From: an uncultured delta proteobacterium
GTDB lineage: Bacteria; Desulfobacterota; Desulfuromonadia; Desulfuromonadales; JACZKF01
Assembly (NCBI GenBank): GCA_963816395.1
Contig: CAWFKQ010000007.1
Span: 415,929 to 479,928, forward strand
Length of the DNA stretch: 64,000 bases
Reading direction: 5' to 3'
In this document: positions 20,746 to 31,390 of the stretch, in pieces
Layout of the letters: each line of letters opens with the position of its first letter
How positions within the stretch are numbered: position 1 is the first letter of the stretch
The notes under the pieces: model-generated
Seen by the model: only the letters and a program-made list of their open reading frames with translations
Databases searched by the model: none
Told to the model about the DNA's origin: nothing
Position numbers and translations under genes: made by a program

Positions 20746-22803
20746 GTGAATTCGCTTAAAATCAAAATCCTCGGGTTGACCATTCTCATCTTCGGTTCTG
20801 CCGTCGGCCTGACCACCTGGCAGAACCTGCGGACACAGCACGCCATCATTTCCCAGGTAGCCTCCCAGAAGGCCCAGATACTCGGCGATACCATTCGCAA
20901 CACCATCGTCATCAATATGGCCAACGGCCAGAACTCAGAAGTGGCCAACATTCTCGAGCGGATCAAAAAAGAACCAAGCATCGAATCGATCCGTATCTTC
21001 GACGAAACCGGACGCATCCTCGTTTCCGCCGATGCCGAGGAAATCGGCGACTTGATTCCCGCCGCCGATCTTCTGGCCTACCGCTCCGGCCAAAGCTTCT
21101 ATCTCGGCAGCCGCCAGACGGAGGGCTATCACTGTGCCCTGGTCCCCATCGACAATGCCCCTCTCTGCCACCGCTGCCACGCGCAGGAAAAGCTTGTGCT
21201 GGGCATTCTCAACATTCATTTTTCCCAACATGAACTGCAGGCCCTGCAGAACCGCGGGCGGGAGGCAACCCTGCTTTCTTCGGCTGGTGTGCTGATTCTC
21301 CTCGTTCTGACCGTCACCGGGTTCATCCTCTATTACGTTGACACCCCCATCCGCAAGGTGGTCGCCGCCATGAACCTGGTCGAGCAGGGCGATTTCAATC
21401 AGGCGCGGATCGGGATCATCAGCTCGAATGAAATGGCACTGCTCGCTACCAAATTCAATCTCATGGTGGAACGCCTGCGCAACCTGATGAGGTCGACCGT
21501 ATTGCACGAACGGGAGATGGCAATCGCCCAGGAAAAGCTGGCCCACCACGACGAAATCCGCTGCATGAACGCCACCCTGGAGGAACGTCTCAGGGAAATC
21601 GAATTTCTCAATGTCACCCTCGAAGAAAGGATTGAGGAAATCGAAGAGGCGAATTTCAAGATAGCCGATCTGGCCAGCGATCTGGAGGCGAAAAACACCA
21701 CTCTTGCTCAGGCGGTCAGCCGCCTGTCGGCTCTCTACAAGATGGGGCTGGCGCTCAATTCCACCATGGACATCGACCGATTGTTCGATCTGCTGCTGCG
21801 CAAGGCTACGGAGACCCTGAACGCTCAGGTCGGCCATATCCTCCTACTCGACCGCGACAGCTGGAGCCTGAAGGTAGGTTCCCTGATCGGCTGGGCGGAA
21901 AGCACCGATCCCACCAAACGCATCCCACTGCGCCCCGGCGGGGTTTCCCACTGGGTAATCGAAAACCGGGAGCCCCTGCTGATCAAAAAGATCGAGGAGG
22001 CGAAAGCGTTCAGTCGGCTCAGCCGCCTGGGGTATACCCGAGAGACGATCATCTGCGCGCCGCTGATGATTAAAGAAGAAGTCATCGGCACCCTGACCAT
22101 GGCCAACCGGCGGGATGGCCTCTGCTTTACCAGTGATGATCTTGAACTCCTTACGACCATTGCCGCCCAGGCCAGTATCGCCATGAGAAATGTCCGCCTC
22201 TATGAAGATCAGCAGTCCACCTATCTGAGCACGGTCCAGGCGCTGGTTTCCACCATTGAGGCAAGCGATGCCTATACGCGGGGTCATTCGGAGAGGGTGA
22301 CCCGCTACAGCCTGGCCCTGGCCCGACACCTGGGGCTGGCTCCGGAATCGGTGAAAACGCTCGAGGAGGCTGCGGTCCTTCACGACATCGGCAAAATCGG
22401 TATCGAAACGAGTCTTCTGCACAAGGAGGGGCGACTTTCGGACGACGATATCGACGTGCTGCATCAGCATCCTTCGATCGGCGTACACATTCTCGAACCG
22501 ATCCACTTTCTGAAGGACGTGCGGAAAATCATCGAACAGCATCACGAGCGCTATGACGGCAAGGGTTACCCGCATGGCCTGGCCGGGGAAGTGATTCTGC
22601 CCGAGGCGAGAATTCTGGCGGTCGCCGATGCCTATGACGCAATGACCTCCGATCGCCCTTACCGCTCGGCGCTCACGCAATATACAGCGATGCAGGAGAT
22701 CCGGGAGAATGCCGGCAGTCAGTTCGACCCGCAGGTGGCCCAGGCCCTCTTTGACATGTGGCAGATGGGCACCCTGGACGAGGTCAGGAAGATGGAGGGA
22801 TGA
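20746..22803 (+). CDS. Membrane sensor HD-GYP cyclic-dinucleotide phosphodiesterase (periplasmic CxxCH, HAMP, coiled coil, GAF)
   Basis: Two TM helices flank a domain containing CHRCH; GHSERV, LHDIGKIG, HHERYDGKGYP and DRPYR motifs. Confidence 0.9.
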   Translation: MNSLKIKILGLTILIFGSAVGLTTWQNLRTQHAIISQVASQKAQILGDTIRNTIVINMANGQNSEVANILERIKKEPSIESIRIFDETGRILVSADAEEIGDLIPAADLLAYRSGQSFYLGSRQTEGYHCALVPIDNAPLCHRCHAQEKLVLGILNIHFSQHELQALQNRGREATLLSSAGVLILLVLTVTGFILYYVDTPIRKVVAAMNLVEQGDFNQARIGIISSNEMALLATKFNLMVERLRNLMRSTVLHEREMAIAQEKLAHHDEIRCMNATLEERLREIEFLNVTLEERIEEIEEANFKIADLASDLEAKNTTLAQAVSRLSALYKMGLALNSTMDIDRLFDLLLRKATETLNAQVGHILLLDRDSWSLKVGSLIGWAESTDPTKRIPLRPGGVSHWVIENREPLLIKKIEEAKAFSRLSRLGYTRETIICAPLMIKEEVIGTLTMANRRDGLCFTSDDLELLTTIAAQASIAMRNVRLYEDQQSTYLSTVQALVSTIEASDAYTRGHSERVTRYSLALARHLGLAPESVKTLEEAAVLHDIGKIGIETSLLHKEGRLSDDDIDVLHQHPSIGVHILEPIHFLKDVRKIIEQHHERYDGKGYPHGLAGEVILPEARILAVADAYDAMTSDRPYRSALTQYTAMQEIRENAGSQFDPQVAQALFDMWQMGTLDEVRKMEG

Positions 22804-24968
22804 AAAGACCGCGGCTGCCGGATCTGCAGCGGATGTCTCTGCTCCGTCGGATTCTCCTTCCCTTTTTCCTCATTCTGATCCTGGTCGGCACGGTTGCCAC
22901 AATCGGCACCGTTTCCTATATGACCAGCTTTCTGGCCCGGGATGTCAATGAACGCCTGGAAGCTTTCCAACAGATCGCCTACCGGGATATAAAAAAACAG
23001 GAAATCCTCCTCGTCACCTATAGCAGCCTGCTGGAGTACATGCAGGCACTCGCCGGACCTCATATCGACGACCAGACCGCGGGCGCGCTACAGGACCAGA
23101 TGGTCAATTCACTGCGTGAATCGCGGATTTCGGCAATCTATTATTCTCCTGCCAGCTTCGACAATATCCCTTATGAATCTCTGCATAGCCTGCTTGAGCA
23201 GGCGGATCGCAGCGGCCGCCCCAGGTTCCGCCTGCTCGACGACATGGGATCAACCCCCATTCTGGCCGTTGCCGCCCCGGCCGGCCGGAATCCGGCAGCC
23301 AGGGGGATAGTTGTCCTGCAGACGCCGTTTGACGGCAATTTCCTGCGGCACCTGACCGGCGGCCTCAGAGTGGTCCCGCATCTGCTCACCATGGAAGGGA
23401 AACCGTTGGAGGTCGGCGAGGACTATGTTCCACCGCCCGCCCTCAACCAGGCGGAGCTCTCTTCCGTAATTTCCGGACACCGCCTGTTCAAGATGGCCGG
23501 GTTTCCCCTGCCCCATAAATTTCTGTATCAGGCCGTTCCCCTGGGAACCACCGACATGGTGATCGCCGTGGCGGAGGCACCGATGACCGATCTCGGTGGC
23601 ACCACCGAAGCCATAATCCTGTATTCGCTGCTGATCTTTTTCTTCGCCCTGCTCCTCGGCAGCTTTCTCTATTACCGCCTGATACGGCAGATCACCGCCC
23701 CGATGGAAGAGATCCTGCAGGCTACCCGGGCGATCAGCGGGGGGGATCTCGATTACCGCCTGCCGGATATTGCCGATGCAGAGATGGGACGAATCGCCGC
23801 TTCCTTCAACGCCATGATGGAGCGGCTGAAATTAGTTCACGAGGAAAATCTGGCCCAGGAAACAGCTCTCGCTCTAGCCCGGGAGGAGGTCAGACATAAG
23901 AAAATTCTTGAACAGAAAAACAGCGAGGTCGAGGCGGCCAACAAGGAACTGAAAGCGAACCTGTCTGAACTTTCGGCTCTTTTTCAGCTTAATGAGGCGA
24001 CTATCTCGACCCTGGATATCAATCTGCTCCTGGAGCGGATGATAGAGATGCTGCAGAAGATGCTGCCGCACTGCAACCTGGCTCTGCTCCTGTACCAACC
24101 AGGAGCCGAGGAGTTGGAGGTGCAAAGAACGGCGGGACTTGCCCCGGCGCTGCTGAAGGAAATGGATTTACGGCTGGACCGCGGTTTGCTCGGTCAGGCG
24201 GCGAGAAAGCAGGAAATGATTTACCTCAGCGACTTGCAGGTGGATAACCCTCGTTTCGATTATCAAGGCAAATCGCTTCCCGATGGTTCCCTGGTATGCA
24301 CACCAATGGTGGTCAAGAAAAAACTCGCCGGACTTCTCCTGCTGAGCAGGGAGAAACCCCACGCCTTTACCAGCGGCGAGCTGAGGCTGATACAGGCGGT
24401 CGGCAATCAGGCCGCGATCGGCATTGAAAACGCCCGTTTATATGAACAAACCCGCAGTCTTTCCAATACCGACGAGTTGACCAGCCTCGCCAATCGCCGC
24501 TTCTTCCTTGAGGTTCTCAAGCGGGAATTGGCGCAGGCCCAGCGTTTCAGCTCCCAGTTCAGCCTGATCATGATCGATATTGATCATTTCAAGCGTTATA
24601 ACGACTGCCACGGCCATCTCTGCGGCGACATGGCATTGAAGACCGTGGCCGACCTTCTGCTGCAGAATACCCGCGGCATCGACCTGGTTGCCCGCTTCGG
24701 CGGCGAGGAATTCGTCATCCTGCTTCCCAAGACCAGCAAGAGTGGGGCGGTGCTGGCAGCCGAGAAACTGCGGCAGCGCATTGCCGAGACCGTTTTCCCG
24801 GGCGCCGACCGCAGTCAGCCGGGGGGAGGACTGACCATCTCCCTGGGAGTGGCGGCCTTTCCCGTCGATAGCCGCGAAGAGTACGAGCTGATGGATCTGG
24901 CCGACCGCGCCCTCTACGAGGCCAAGGAAGAGGGTCGTGACCGCACGGTGGCCTGGAAATCGCTCTAA
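22800..24968 (+). CDS. Membrane sensor diguanylate cyclase (HAMP, GAF, GGDEF domain)
   Basis: ATGA overlap with the upstream stop; two TM helices; DELTSLANRR, DIDHFKRYND, RGID I-site, RFGGEEF. Confidence 0.92.
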   Translation: MKRPRLPDLQRMSLLRRILLPFFLILILVGTVATIGTVSYMTSFLARDVNERLEAFQQIAYRDIKKQEILLVTYSSLLEYMQALAGPHIDDQTAGALQDQMVNSLRESRISAIYYSPASFDNIPYESLHSLLEQADRSGRPRFRLLDDMGSTPILAVAAPAGRNPAARGIVVLQTPFDGNFLRHLTGGLRVVPHLLTMEGKPLEVGEDYVPPPALNQAELSSVISGHRLFKMAGFPLPHKFLYQAVPLGTTDMVIAVAEAPMTDLGGTTEAIILYSLLIFFFALLLGSFLYYRLIRQITAPMEEILQATRAISGGDLDYRLPDIADAEMGRIAASFNAMMERLKLVHEENLAQETALALAREEVRHKKILEQKNSEVEAANKELKANLSELSALFQLNEATISTLDINLLLERMIEMLQKMLPHCNLALLLYQPGAEELEVQRTAGLAPALLKEMDLRLDRGLLGQAARKQEMIYLSDLQVDNPRFDYQGKSLPDGSLVCTPMVVKKKLAGLLLLSREKPHAFTSGELRLIQAVGNQAAIGIENARLYEQTRSLSNTDELTSLANRRFFLEVLKRELAQAQRFSSQFSLIMIDIDHFKRYNDCHGHLCGDMALKTVADLLLQNTRGIDLVARFGGEEFVILLPKTSKSGAVLAAEKLRQRIAETVFPGADRSQPGGGLTISLGVAAFPVDSREEYELMDLADRALYEAKEEGRDRTVAWKSL

Positions 24969-24987
24969 TCCCGGGCCCTCCGGTTCT

Positions 24988-26829
24988 TTACCGTCTCGCC
25001 GGCCCTCCTCCCCTCCCCCGCTCGCCGTCTTTCCCCGCCCGATAGCCCAGCAGCAAAGACGCTGCAGCTTCCCGTCCGCAGGCGCGAAGGGCCGCCAGAA
25101 CATCCTGCCGATGCTCGGGGAGATGCCAGAGCAGGAGGGCCTTCTGCAGGCGCCGCTCCCGTGGCGAGCGGGGCACGTGCAGTGCTTCACCGGTCATTGG
25201 ATCGCGGCCGGTGAAATAGATGCAGGTGGCAAGGGTACCGGGAGTGGGAGTGAATTCCTGTACCTGTTCCACCCGCAGGCCATGCCTGCGGAGGAACAGG
25301 GCCGTCTCCACCATATCGCCCAGAGTGCTGCCGGGGTGGGCGGCGATCAGGTAAGGGACGACCGCCTGCCGCCGCCCCAGGCGCTGGCTGCGTTCCCTGA
25401 ACCATTGCAGAAAAGTTTCGAAGACAGGAGCACCTGGCTTGCGCATGATCTTCGTCACTCCCTCGCAGAGCGCCTCCGGCGCCACCTTGAGCAGACCGCC
25501 GACATGGCTCTCGAGCAGATCCTCGAAATACTCCTGCTGATGCTCGAACAGATCGAAACGAACCCCCGAGGCGACGAAAACATGGCGCACGCCCTGCCGC
25601 TGGCGGATCTTTCGCAGCAGGCGCACCGCCCGGCGATCAGCGGTCAGCAGATGCCGGCAGGGCCTGGGGAAAAGGCAGCCGCTGCGCCGGCAACGGTCGC
25701 GGGCGGCCGGACGACCACAGGCAAGACCGTACATATTGGCAGTCGGACCGCCGACATCGCTGATAGTGCCGCGAAAGCCGGGCTGCCGGGCCATCCGATC
25801 GACCTCGGCGAGAACCGATCCCTCCGAGCGGGACTGCACGAATTTCCCCTGGTGATGGGTGATTGCGCAGAAGGCGCAGCCGCCGAAACAACCCCGGTGG
25901 GTGGTGACGGAGAAGCGGATCTGTTCAAAGGCAGGAATCGGCTCACGGTAGGCGGGATGCGGCAAGCGGGTGAATGGGAGGTGATAAATACGGTCCATTT
26001 CCGTCTCGCCGAGCGGCAGCTGAGGCGGGTTGACCACCACCTGGCGGGTGCCGTGCATCTGGACCAGCGGCCGCCCGCAGAAGGGGTTGGCTTCGGCGGC
26101 GGCGAGACGGAAGGCAGCATTGAAGGCCTCGGGGTCGGCTGCCGCTTCCTCATAGCCGGGAAGCCGCACCGCTCCCGCCGGCGCCTGGGCCGCCAGGTGG
26201 GCGGTGCCCCGGATTCCGCGCATCGCCGCTGGGGCCTCGCCGCCGGCAGCACGCCGGGCAACCTCCAGCAGGGGCGCCTCTCCCATGCCGAAAACGAGGA
26301 GGTCGGCCTTGCTGTCGACCAGCACCGAGCGGCGCACCGCATCATCCCAGAAATCGTAGTGGGCCAGACGCCGCAGACTCGCCTCGATGCCCCCGATGAT
26401 CACCGGCAGCCCCTTGAAGGCCCCCTTGAGAGCCGCGGTATAGGCGATCACCGCCCGGTTCGGCCGGGCGCCGGCGCGGCCGCCAGGGGTATAGGCGTCG
26501 TCACGGCGCACCTTGCGGGCGGCGGTGTAATGATTGACCATGGAATCCATGGCCCCGGCGGAAAGGGCGGCGAACAGCCGCGGGCGCCCCATGACCCGCA
26601 GCGCCTCGGGATCGCGCCAGTCGGGTTGGGCCAGGATTCCCACCCGATAGCCCTCTGCTTCCAGCAGCCGCGCCAGCAGAGGAACGCCGAAGGCGGGATG
26701 GTCGATATAGGCATCCCCGGAGAGAAAGAGGATATCGAGTTCTTCCCAGCCGCGGCGCACCATTTCTGCGCGGGTGGTAGGGAGAAATAAAATCTGTCTC
26801 TCCTCGTTCAGCGGCTGCGATCCCGGCAC
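24988..26829 (-). CDS. YgiQ-family radical SAM protein
   Basis: [52 protein letters not shown]. The GTG start is uncertain. Confidence 0.9.
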   Translation of the reverse strand: MPGSQPLNEERQILFLPTTRAEMVRRGWEELDILFLSGDAYIDHPAFGVPLLARLLEAEGYRVGILAQPDWRDPEALRVMGRPRLFAALSAGAMDSMVNHYTAARKVRRDDAYTPGGRAGARPNRAVIAYTAALKGAFKGLPVIIGGIEASLRRLAHYDFWDDAVRRSVLVDSKADLLVFGMGEAPLLEVARRAAGGEAPAAMRGIRGTAHLAAQAPAGAVRLPGYEEAAADPEAFNAAFRLAAAEANPFCGRPLVQMHGTRQVVVNPPQLPLGETEMDRIYHLPFTRLPHPAYREPIPAFEQIRFSVTTHRGCFGGCAFCAITHHQGKFVQSRSEGSVLAEVDRMARQPGFRGTISDVGGPTANMYGLACGRPAARDRCRRSGCLFPRPCRHLLTADRRAVRLLRKIRQRQGVRHVFVASGVRFDLFEHQQEYFEDLLESHVGGLLKVAPEALCEGVTKIMRKPGAPVFETFLQWFRERSQRLGRRQAVVPYLIAAHPGSTLGDMVETALFLRRHGLRVEQVQEFTPTPGTLATCIYFTGRDPMTGEALHVPRSPRERRLQKALLLWHLPEHRQDVLAALRACGREAAASLLLGYRAGKDGERGRGGGPARR

Positions 26830-27002
26830 AGGTGGGCAATTGAGCGGTCGTAGGTCCGCTCCCCTTCAGGAGTAAAGAAACAGCCGGGGATCTCCCCCCG
26901 GTTCCGATGGTAAGTCACGCACTTGCAGCAGCTCCCCCGCTTGTCGCACGACAGCTGGGTGCAGGTACAGTGCTCCTTGGTGGTCGCTGAGATACATTCC
27001 AT
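26808..27002 (-). CDS. Small cysteine-rich protein (DUF6485-like)
   Basis: 64 aa with 9 Cys: CTC...[11 protein letters not shown]...EIPGCFF....E.TYDRS; GAGGT RBS. Confidence 0.75.
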   Translation of the reverse strand: MECISATTKEHCTCTQLSCDKRGSCCKCVTYHRNRGEIPGCFFTPEGERTYDRSIAHLCRDRSR

Positions 27003-27021
27003 TGGCAAACCTCAAAAGGCG

Positions 27022-27078
27022 GTGAGATAGTGAGATGGCGAGATAGAGTTACTACTTACTACCTCACTGTCTCACTAC
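27022..27078. repeat. Inverted array of octamers (GTGAGATA family)
   Basis: GTGAGATA GTGAGATG GCGAGATA followed by complementary CTACTTA-CTACCTCA-CTGTCTCA-CTAC. Confidence 0.75.
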
Positions 27079-27086
27079 ATACTGCA

Positions 27087-28124
27087 TTACGGAAATACCG
27101 GCAGTGCTTCCAGCCCCGTTGTCTCCGGCAGCCCGAGAAGGATATTGAGATTCTGCACCGCCTGCCCCGCCGCCCCCTTGACCAGGTTATCGATGGCGGC
27201 GACCACAATTACCCGGCCGGTACGCGGGTCGCTGACCACCCCCAGATCACAGTAATTGCTTCCCCGCACGCAGGCCACGTTGGGCAGCTTTCCCTGCGGA
27301 AGGACACGGACGAAGGGTTCCTGCCGGTAATATTCCCGGTAGAGCTGAAGCAGCTCGGCAGTGTCCTTCGGCGCCTGCAAACCGGCATAGCAGGTGGAAA
27401 GAATCCCCCGATTGACCGGCAGCAGGTGCGGGGTGAAGCTGACCACCACCGGCTCCCCGGCGAGAGTGGAGAGCGTCTGCTCGATTTCCGGAGTATGCCG
27501 GTGGCTGCCGACTCCGTAGGCCTTGAAGCCCTCGTTCACCTCGCAGAACAGGCTATCCACCTTGGCGGAACGGCCGGCTCCGCTGGTCCCCGATTTGCTG
27601 TCGATGACCAGGGAGGCTAGCTCGACCTGCCGGTGGCTGAGCAAGGGGGCGAGGGCGAGGGCGACGCTGGTCGGGTAGCAGCCGGGATTGGCCACCAGCC
27701 GGGCACCCCGGAGCCGCTCCCGGAAAAGCTCCGGCAGTCCGTAAACAGCCTCAGGGAGCAATTCGGGGCTGCCGTGCGGACCATACCAGGCGGCATAGAC
27801 CTCGGGGTCGCGCAGCCGGTAATCGGCCGAGAGGTCGATCACCCGGCGCCCGGCCTGCAGCAAGGGGGGAACGACCTGCATGGCGGCCTGATGAGGCAGA
27901 GCGGTGAAGATCACCTCGGCGCGTTCGGCGATCGCCGCCGGTTCGGCGGCTTCGCAGACCAGATCGATCCGCCCGAAAAGGGAGGGGAAGAGCGCGGCGA
28001 CCGGCTCGCCGGCGTTCTGCCGGGCGGTTACGCAGGTAACCTCGACCTGCGGGTGACCCGCCAGCAGGCGGAGCAATTCGGCGCCGGTGTAGCCGCTGGC
28101 GCCCATGACGGCGACTCTGACCAT
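27087..28124 (-). CDS. argC: N-acetyl-gamma-glutamyl-phosphate reductase
   Basis: [41 protein letters not shown]. Confidence 0.97.
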   Translation of the reverse strand: MVRVAVMGASGYTGAELLRLLAGHPQVEVTCVTARQNAGEPVAALFPSLFGRIDLVCEAAEPAAIAERAEVIFTALPHQAAMQVVPPLLQAGRRVIDLSADYRLRDPEVYAAWYGPHGSPELLPEAVYGLPELFRERLRGARLVANPGCYPTSVALALAPLLSHRQVELASLVIDSKSGTSGAGRSAKVDSLFCEVNEGFKAYGVGSHRHTPEIEQTLSTLAGEPVVVSFTPHLLPVNRGILSTCYAGLQAPKDTAELLQLYREYYRQEPFVRVLPQGKLPNVACVRGSNYCDLGVVSDPRTGRVIVVAAIDNLVKGAAGQAVQNLNILLGLPETTGLEALPVFP

Positions 28125-28144
28125 GTATTTCCTCCTCATAGCAG

Positions 28145-28172
28145 AAAAGGGAAACCCGAGGGTTTCCCTTTT
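28145..28172 (-). terminator. Intrinsic terminator after rpsI
   Basis: AAAAGGGAAACCC-ga-GGGTTTCCCTTTT perfect hairpin. Confidence 0.8.
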
Positions 28173-28214
28173 CCTTGCTGACTTTCGCTGCCGGGATCCG
28201 GCGGCCCGGAGCGA

Positions 28215-28607
28215 TTAACGCTTGGAGAACTGGAAGCTCCGACGGGCGGCGGCCCGGCCGTACTTCTTGCGTTCCTTGGCCCGGCTGTCGCGGGTAATGA
28301 ACCCGGCCTTTTTCAGAAGCCCCCGCAACTGAACGTCCACCTCCAGCAGGGCCTTGGTGATGCCGTGCTTGATCGCCCCCGCCTGCCCGGAAGGGCCGCC
28401 ACCGGCAACATTGACGATAATATCGAATTTGCCGATATTCTGCGTCAGTTCCAGAGGCTGGCGGATGACCATTTTGGAGGTTTCCCGCCCGAAATACTCG
28501 TCGATGGAACGCTTGTTGACGGTGATGTTCCCCGCCCCCGGTTTCAGCCATACCCGAGCCACCGACGTTTTCCTTCTTCCGGTCGCGTAAAATTTCTCTT
28601 CGGCCAT
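28215..28607 (-). CDS. rpsI: 30S ribosomal protein S9
   Basis: [27 protein letters not shown]...FQFSKR. Confidence 0.98.
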   Translation of the reverse strand: MAEEKFYATGRRKTSVARVWLKPGAGNITVNKRSIDEYFGRETSKMVIRQPLELTQNIGKFDIIVNVAGGGPSGQAGAIKHGITKALLEVDVQLRGLLKKAGFITRDSRAKERKKYGRAAARRSFQFSKR

Positions 28608-28630
28608 CTCTTGTTTGTCTCCTGATTACT

Positions 28631-29059
28631 TTAGAAGGTCAGCGGCTTGGGCTGCTGGGCGGCATGCGGATGCTCGGGCCCGGCATAGACCTTGAGTTTA
28701 CTGAACATCTGGCGGCCCAGTTTGTTCTTGGGCAGCATGCCCTTGACCGCCTTCTGGATCAACTGCTCCGGCTTCTTCTCCAGAAGCTTGCCGGCGGTAA
28801 TCGACTTGAGACCGCCCGGGAATCCGGAATGGTGATGATACATCTTATCCGCCAGTTTGTTCCCGGTCAGCTTCACCTTGGCGGCATTCAGAACGATGAC
28901 GAAATCCCCGGCATCGACGCTGGGGGTGTAAATGGGCTTGTGCTTGCCCCGCAGAACATGCGCAATCTGAGCGGCGGCCCGGCCGAGGACCTGCCCTTCC
29001 AGATCGACAATGTACCAGTTTTTCTTGATATTTGACGGTTTGGCAACTTGGGTGCTCAT
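28631..29059 (-). CDS. rplM: 50S ribosomal protein L13
   Basis: [29 protein letters not shown]. Confidence 0.98.
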   Translation of the reverse strand: MSTQVAKPSNIKKNWYIVDLEGQVLGRAAAQIAHVLRGKHKPIYTPSVDAGDFVIVLNAAKVKLTGNKLADKMYHHHSGFPGGLKSITAGKLLEKKPEQLIQKAVKGMLPKNKLGRQMFSKLKVYAGPEHPHAAQQPKPLTF

Positions 29060-29114
29060 GAATTTCCTCTCTGGTTCATAATCTGCGATTGCAACGGGGC
29101 TCACAGAAGCTGAG

Positions 29115-29143
29115 AAATTAGCCGAAGGCAGTCGGGATGTCAA
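29115..29143 (-). promoter_or_regulatory. Putative sigma70 promoter of rplM-rpsI
   Basis: Minus strand TTGACA-N17-TAATTT, 56 nt upstream of the rplM start. Confidence 0.65.
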
Positions 29144-29619
29144 GAATTTTTTTGAATGAGACCGGTTTCAGCCCGGCCTGGTTTCAGGCTGAGGACCGGG
29201 CAGGGAGCATGCTGGACGACCCGCTCCGCCGTGCTGCCGATCAGCAGGTGGGAAAGCCCGGTCCGACCATGGGTGCCGATAACGATGAGCTGGAAATGCT
29301 CCTCTTCGGCCAGGCGGCAGATTTCACGGAAAGGGATCCCGGCCACCGCCCGTCCCTCCAGGTGCAGCCCGGGGATCGCCTGCCGCCGGCGCTCAACCTC
29401 CTCCGCCAATTCCGCCGCCGCCTCCCGCAGCCGCCCGTCGAGCGCCTCGGTCGGCTCGCCGCCGAGGGTAGCAAAAGTCTCCACTTCCCCGCTGGGGACC
29501 ACGTGCAGCAGGCAATAACTCGCTTCGAACCACTCCCGCAAGCCAAAGGCGAATTCCAGCGTCTCCCGGCTGGCGGCAGAAAAATCGGTGGGGACCAGGA
29601 TCTTCAGGGGTTTTCTCAT
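29140..29619 (-). CDS. Universal stress protein
   Basis: [37 protein letters not shown]. Confidence 0.93.
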   Translation of the reverse strand: MRKPLKILVPTDFSAASRETLEFAFGLREWFEASYCLLHVVPSGEVETFATLGGEPTEALDGRLREAAAELAEEVERRRQAIPGLHLEGRAVAGIPFREICRLAEEEHFQLIVIGTHGRTGLSHLLIGSTAERVVQHAPCPVLSLKPGRAETGLIQKNS

Positions 29620-29722
29620 TATCGCCTCCGCCGCTCTCCATTATGGCGCGAACGGCGGCGGATGCAAGGCGGGGAAACAAACGGAGGAACCCGTGAGGTG
29701 CTTCTGTCCTACCTCACTACCT

Positions 29723-30467
29723 TCAGCTGCCTTCGTACCAGACCTCCATCAGGCACAGCCCCTGCGGCGGCGCGGTGATGCCGGCCGCTTCCCGCCGCCC
29801 GCCCTGCAGCAGTTCGGGGATATCGGTCCAGGGGCGTTTCCCCAGGCCGATCTCGACCAGGGTCCCGACCATTACCCGCACCATGTGGCGCAGGAAACCG
29901 TCCCCTTTGACATCCAGGTGCAGCAGTTCCCCTTCCCGATTGCAGGTCGACCGAGAATATCTCCCGCACCGTCTCGCGGGCATCGCAGCCGGCGGCGCGA
30001 AAGGCGGCGAAATCGTGACGGCCGGCAAAAGCCGCCGCCCCCTGCATCATCGCCGGCAGGTCGAGGGGGGCGCGCAGGTGCCAGGAGGTGCGCGCCGCCA
30101 GCGGTGAGCGTACCGCTGCGTTGTAGATCGTGTAGCGGTACCATTTCCCCCGGGCACTGAAGCGGGCATGAAAGCCAGGGGGCGCTTCGGCCGCCTCGCG
30201 CACCGCCACCTCCGCCGGCAGCAGGCGGTTGATCCCCTCACGAAAGGCCGCCAGGGGGAGGGCGCCGGCGGTGCGGAAATGCACCGTCATGCCCCGGGCA
30301 TGCACCCCGGCGTCGGTTCGGCCGGAAGAAGCCAACCGGATTTTTTCCCCGGTCAGTCGGGCCAGTGCTTCTTCCACCACCTCCTGCACGGAAAGGCCAT
30401 TGGCCTGCAGCTGCCAGCCGGCGAAACGGGTACCGTCGAATTCCACGACCAGCCGAATGGTTCTCAT
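29723..30467 (-). CDS. truA: tRNA pseudouridine(38-40) synthase, apparent frameshift near 29945
   Basis: FDGTRFAGWQ, GRTDAGVHA, FHARF and HDFAAF in one frame; GDGFLRHMVR and TAPPQGL in another. Confidence 0.93.
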
Positions 30468-31249
30468 CGCAGCACGCCGAAAAGCAGCAGCAGACCGACC
30501 AGGCCGACGACGCTGAGCAGACGGTCGGTCCGCCGCGCTCGCAGAACCGGCAGTTCCCCCTCCCCCCAGACGTCCTCGCCGCGCGCCGCGGCCTGCGCCA
30601 GGGCATCGGCGCGGTCGACCAGCCGCAGCAGCAGCGGCGTGATCATCACCGCCAGCGCCCGGGCTCTGGCCGGCAGCGGCCCGCTGCCCGGATCGTTCCC
30701 AGCCTTCCGGGCGGCCGCCAGCTGGCCGGCGGCCTCCTCGCGAAAAATGGGGATGAACTGCAGCACCAGCAGGAACAGGAGCACCGTCTCGCGCACCGGC
30801 AGGCAGCGGCGCAGGGGCGCCAGCAGCACCGACAGGGCGGCGGCAAGCTCCCGTGGGGCGGTGGTCAGGGTGAGCAGGGAGGAGAAGGTGACCGCCAGCA
30901 CCAGCTGCCCGTCCACCAGCAGACCCTGCGTCAATCCGTCCCGGGAGAGCCAGATCTGGCCGAAGAGGGTGCGGCCGGGAGAGAAGAGCAGGTGCAGCAG
31001 CAGGGTAAAGAGGAGCAGCCAGCGCAAGGCCCGCAGGCCCCGCCACCAGAGACGAGCGGGGATCTGGCCGAGGAGCAGGAGCAGGCCGGCGAACAGGGCC
31101 AGCACCGCCAGGCGGAGCGGGGCGGCGCCAGCAAAGGCGGCGATCACCAGCAGCGGCAGGCCGGCCAGCTTCAGCCGCGGATCGAGCCGGTGCAGGAAGG
31201 AATCCGCCGGGTGGTAGCGCCCGAGAGTAAGATCGTCGAGAAAGGACAT
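30464..31249 (-). CDS. Energy-coupling factor transporter T component (EcfT/CbiQ family)
   Basis: LGRYHPADSFLHRLDPRLKL N-terminus, about 5 TM helices, C-terminal ARG motif; ATGA overlap with truA. Confidence 0.85.
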   Translation of the reverse strand: MSFLDDLTLGRYHPADSFLHRLDPRLKLAGLPLLVIAAFAGAAPLRLAVLALFAGLLLLLGQIPARLWWRGLRALRWLLLFTLLLHLLFSPGRTLFGQIWLSRDGLTQGLLVDGQLVLAVTFSSLLTLTTAPRELAAALSVLLAPLRRCLPVRETVLLFLLVLQFIPIFREEAAGQLAAARKAGNDPGSGPLPARARALAVMITPLLLRLVDRADALAQAAARGEDVWGEGELPVLRARRTDRLLSVVGLVGLLLLFGVLR

Positions 31250-31258
31250 GGGGAGATT

Positions 31259-31385
31259 AGGCCAGAGGCTAGAGGCAAGGGAATCGGGGACTAGAGGCCA
31301 GAGGCTGGAGGCAAGAGGTTACAAGCAGAACCATCGGCCAGGATTTATGGCTTTCCTCTAGCCTCTAGCCCCTTGCCTCTTGCCT
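31259..31385. repeat. Inverted array of heptamers (AGGCTAG/AGGCAAG family)
   Basis: About 7 units at 31259-31318 and about 4 complementary units at 31355-31385. Confidence 0.85.
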
Positions 31386-31390
31386 GCCGT

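Noticed and set aside
24560..24720. Hypr-type (cGAMP-making) GGDEF enzyme
   Set aside because: The specificity position reads GHLCGD (Asp), the canonical c-di-GMP form, not the Ser of GacA-like enzymes.
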